Shown here piece after piece: positions 24,629-26,274 of a stretch of 26,274 bases of DNA. The position numbers were made by a program, and so were the translations under genes. This stretch comes from a virus: IMG/VR virus record IMGVR_UViG_3300038701_002504, positions 83,235 through 109,508 of that record; one strand, written 5' to 3'. Below the pieces are notes generated by a model. It did no database searches. It was not told the DNA's origin and saw only the letters and a list, made by a program, of their open reading frames with translations. Each line of letters opens with the position of its first letter. The stretch's first letter is position 1.

Positions 24629-25191
24629 GATAAGTAACAAGCTTGTGAAAATCTTGGTTCAGCTAAACCAGTACCATAAAGAAATGTGTAATTCACGTCA
24701 TTATGCTTTATAGATCTTCTACCATAGGAGCCAACTTCAATTCCATTAATATTGATGTCCCAAGATTCTGGCCCAGTTTTAACTATAATAGGATCAACAT
24801 TAAATTCTGCTGTCATAACGTCTTTAACACAATCCATCATTTTAAATAATGCTTCATTTGAAATAATATCATTTCTAAACAATTCAATTTTCATAAATTG
24901 CATCTTGTTTAAATCTGTAAAATCCTGTTCCATTCGAAAACATGGGGTACATGTTTGATATTTTCCATATAATTTATTGAAGTTTGATATGAATGATTGT
25001 TCTCCGGAACCAATTAGTGCAAATTCACCTTCTACTCCTGACATATTCACATGAATAATACCACTTTCAGCAGCAGTAGTTCTTATCATATCTGTGTTTT
25101 CAATCCAATTAGTTTCAATATATTTAAAACCATATGATTTGTACATATCAATAGCATATGCTAGTCTACTATAACTAATCGCGGTGTCCAT
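24625..25191 (-). CDS. Minimal class II aminoacyl-tRNA synthetase-like catalytic domain
   Basis: Motif 1-like GFKYIET, GSGEQSF, motif 2 PCFRME...FMKIE, IEVGS, motif 3-like GTGLAEPR; no anticodon-binding domain. Confidence 0.75.
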   Translation of the reverse strand: MDTAISYSRLAYAIDMYKSYGFKYIETNWIENTDMIRTTAAESGIIHVNMSGVEGEFALIGSGEQSFISNFNKLYGKYQTCTPCFRMEQDFTDLNKMQFMKIELFRNDIISNEALFKMMDCVKDVMTAEFNVDPIIVKTGPESWDININGIEVGSYGRRSIKHNDVNYTFLYGTGLAEPRFSQACYLS

Positions 25192-25435
25192 TTATAAAAG
25201 CCCTTTTTGTAATATGTGACATAATCTTTAAATCTTCCATTGTCATTTCTGGAAAAGATAATGCCAAATATGCTTCAATAGCACCATACAGATCTGATAA
25301 TTCTACCAACTGCATAATGCTACATGACTGTTCTTCAGCGTCTTGGAGCTCTAAAACCTCTTCCAAGATTTTAGAGCTCATTCCATAAACACCTTTAGGA
25401 ATTTCAATTAAATGATATCCTGGTTTTTTCATCAT
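25175..25435 (-). CDS. MazG/HisE-like all-alpha NTP pyrophosphatase
   Basis: KILEEVLEL..A...VELSDL matches the EExxE...ExxD pattern. Confidence 0.7.
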   Translation of the reverse strand: MMKKPGYHLIEIPKGVYGMSSKILEEVLELQDAEEQSCSIMQLVELSDLYGAIEAYLALSFPEMTMEDLKIMSHITKRAFINGHRD

Positions 25436-26274
25436 TCCTCACTTAATCCAACATCAAAAAACCATTTACGAGCTTGTGTTGAAATTTCCTTGTTTACATC
25501 TTTGCTTTCAAGATTGTTGCCTACAATCGTATCGGCTTCTTCTTTCATTACATCTCCTACGATCCAACGCAGAAAGTGAGGTGTTGACTTTACATCAATA
25601 GGATGATTCATTTCACGAAGAAATTCAATACCCTGACGAAGCCTCGCTTCAGTGAGAGCATATGAAACAAACCCCTGAACCTTTTCAATCTTTTCAATAT
25701 CAACAGGAGCAAGTGTTTTCACCTTCGAAACAGAGTGTTTTTCGCCCTTCACCTTGAAAATATAGGACATGTGTCCAGTAGTCCACACGATACCCTCACC
25801 TACACCATTTGAAATACCAAAATATTTAGCAACAGGACATTCGGCTTCGACGACCTCTGTATATTCAATAATCTGGTTTTGAATAGATTGTGGATTCTCA
25901 AAATCAATAACAGCGGTCCATGTTCCGAATGTATCTACTGAATATATGTCCTTTCCATTATTAAAATGCGATAGAACATCAATTGATCCAAATGATTTGT
26001 CATCATTATCGTTTGCAAACATAATTGCAAATGGAAAGAACATTTTATGTTCAATTTGAGATACACCCACACCGGCCTGAACACCCGGTCCTGCCCATTC
26101 ACCGAATAGAACAACGTATGTTCTATCAGTCATAAACATTTTAAATTTTTCTCTGAAATGATTTTCGTTGGCTTTTACCCATAGAGCAAAACCATTGTTA
26201 TCATTGTCGACAGTTAGAATACGATTCCGCGATTGTGCGTGAATTTCTCCAGTGCTGGTATTGAAAACCACTTT
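25432..26274 (-). CDS. RNA ligase family (Rnl2-like) nucleotidyltransferase, 5' truncated
   Basis: QSRN, LFGEWAG, FPFAI, GEGIVW, FKVK; frame open to the window edge, so motif I lies outside. Confidence 0.82.
   Translation of the reverse strand, partial: KVVFNTSTGEIHAQSRNRILTVDNDNNGFALWVKANENHFREKFKMFMTDRTYVVLFGEWAGPGVQAGVGVSQIEHKMFFPFAIMFANDNDDKSFGSIDVLSHFNNGKDIYSVDTFGTWTAVIDFENPQSIQNQIIEYTEVVEAECPVAKYFGISNGVGEGIVWTTGHMSYIFKVKGEKHSVSKVKTLAPVDIEKIEKVQGFVSYALTEARLRQGIEFLREMNHPIDVKSTPHFLRWIVGDVMKEEADTIVGNNLESKDVNKEISTQARKWFFDVGLSEE

Noticed and set aside
580-24958. Shadow ORFs in the track (e.g. 580-906, 1691-2080, 3992-4285, 10027-10404, 12720-13031, 16423-16707)
   Set aside because: Antisense or out of frame within well-supported genes, with no motifs or SD
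1-26274. tRNA, rRNA, CRISPR array or stop-codon reassignment
   Set aside because: Intergenic gaps are short with no cloverleaf or array seen; core genes are full length under the standard code

Overview
AT-rich segment of a large T4-like myophage genome; the host is probably an alphaproteobacterium (inferred from a DUF1127 gene and spanins). The + strand (1-8970) carries the late tail/head cluster: gp18 3' end, gp19, gp20, an expanded prohead-core region, gp21, gp22 and gp23, with T4-type TATAAATA late promoters. The - strand carries early/replication genes: RNA ligase, MazG-like, minimal class II aaRS-like, two metallophosphoesterases, DUF1127, DUF1599-like, gp42-like dCMP hydroxymethylase, dCMP deaminase, DNA polymerase, UvsX, gp41 helicase, spanins and DUF932. 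Three things stand out. (1) The gp43 polymerase is split inside its exonuclease domain by an antisense MobE-like HNH gene, with no intron or intein signature, charge-complementary helical tails on the two halves and a palindromic two-way late promoter. (2) Three head-targeted precursors (a capsid-targeting leader or gp67-like leaders) carry cationic glycine-zipper cargo behind predicted gp21 cleavage sites. (3) A translationally coupled operon links RNA ligase, MazG-like, aaRS-like, Zn-finger and phosphoesterase genes. All family calls are by motif recognition and recall; no searches were run.
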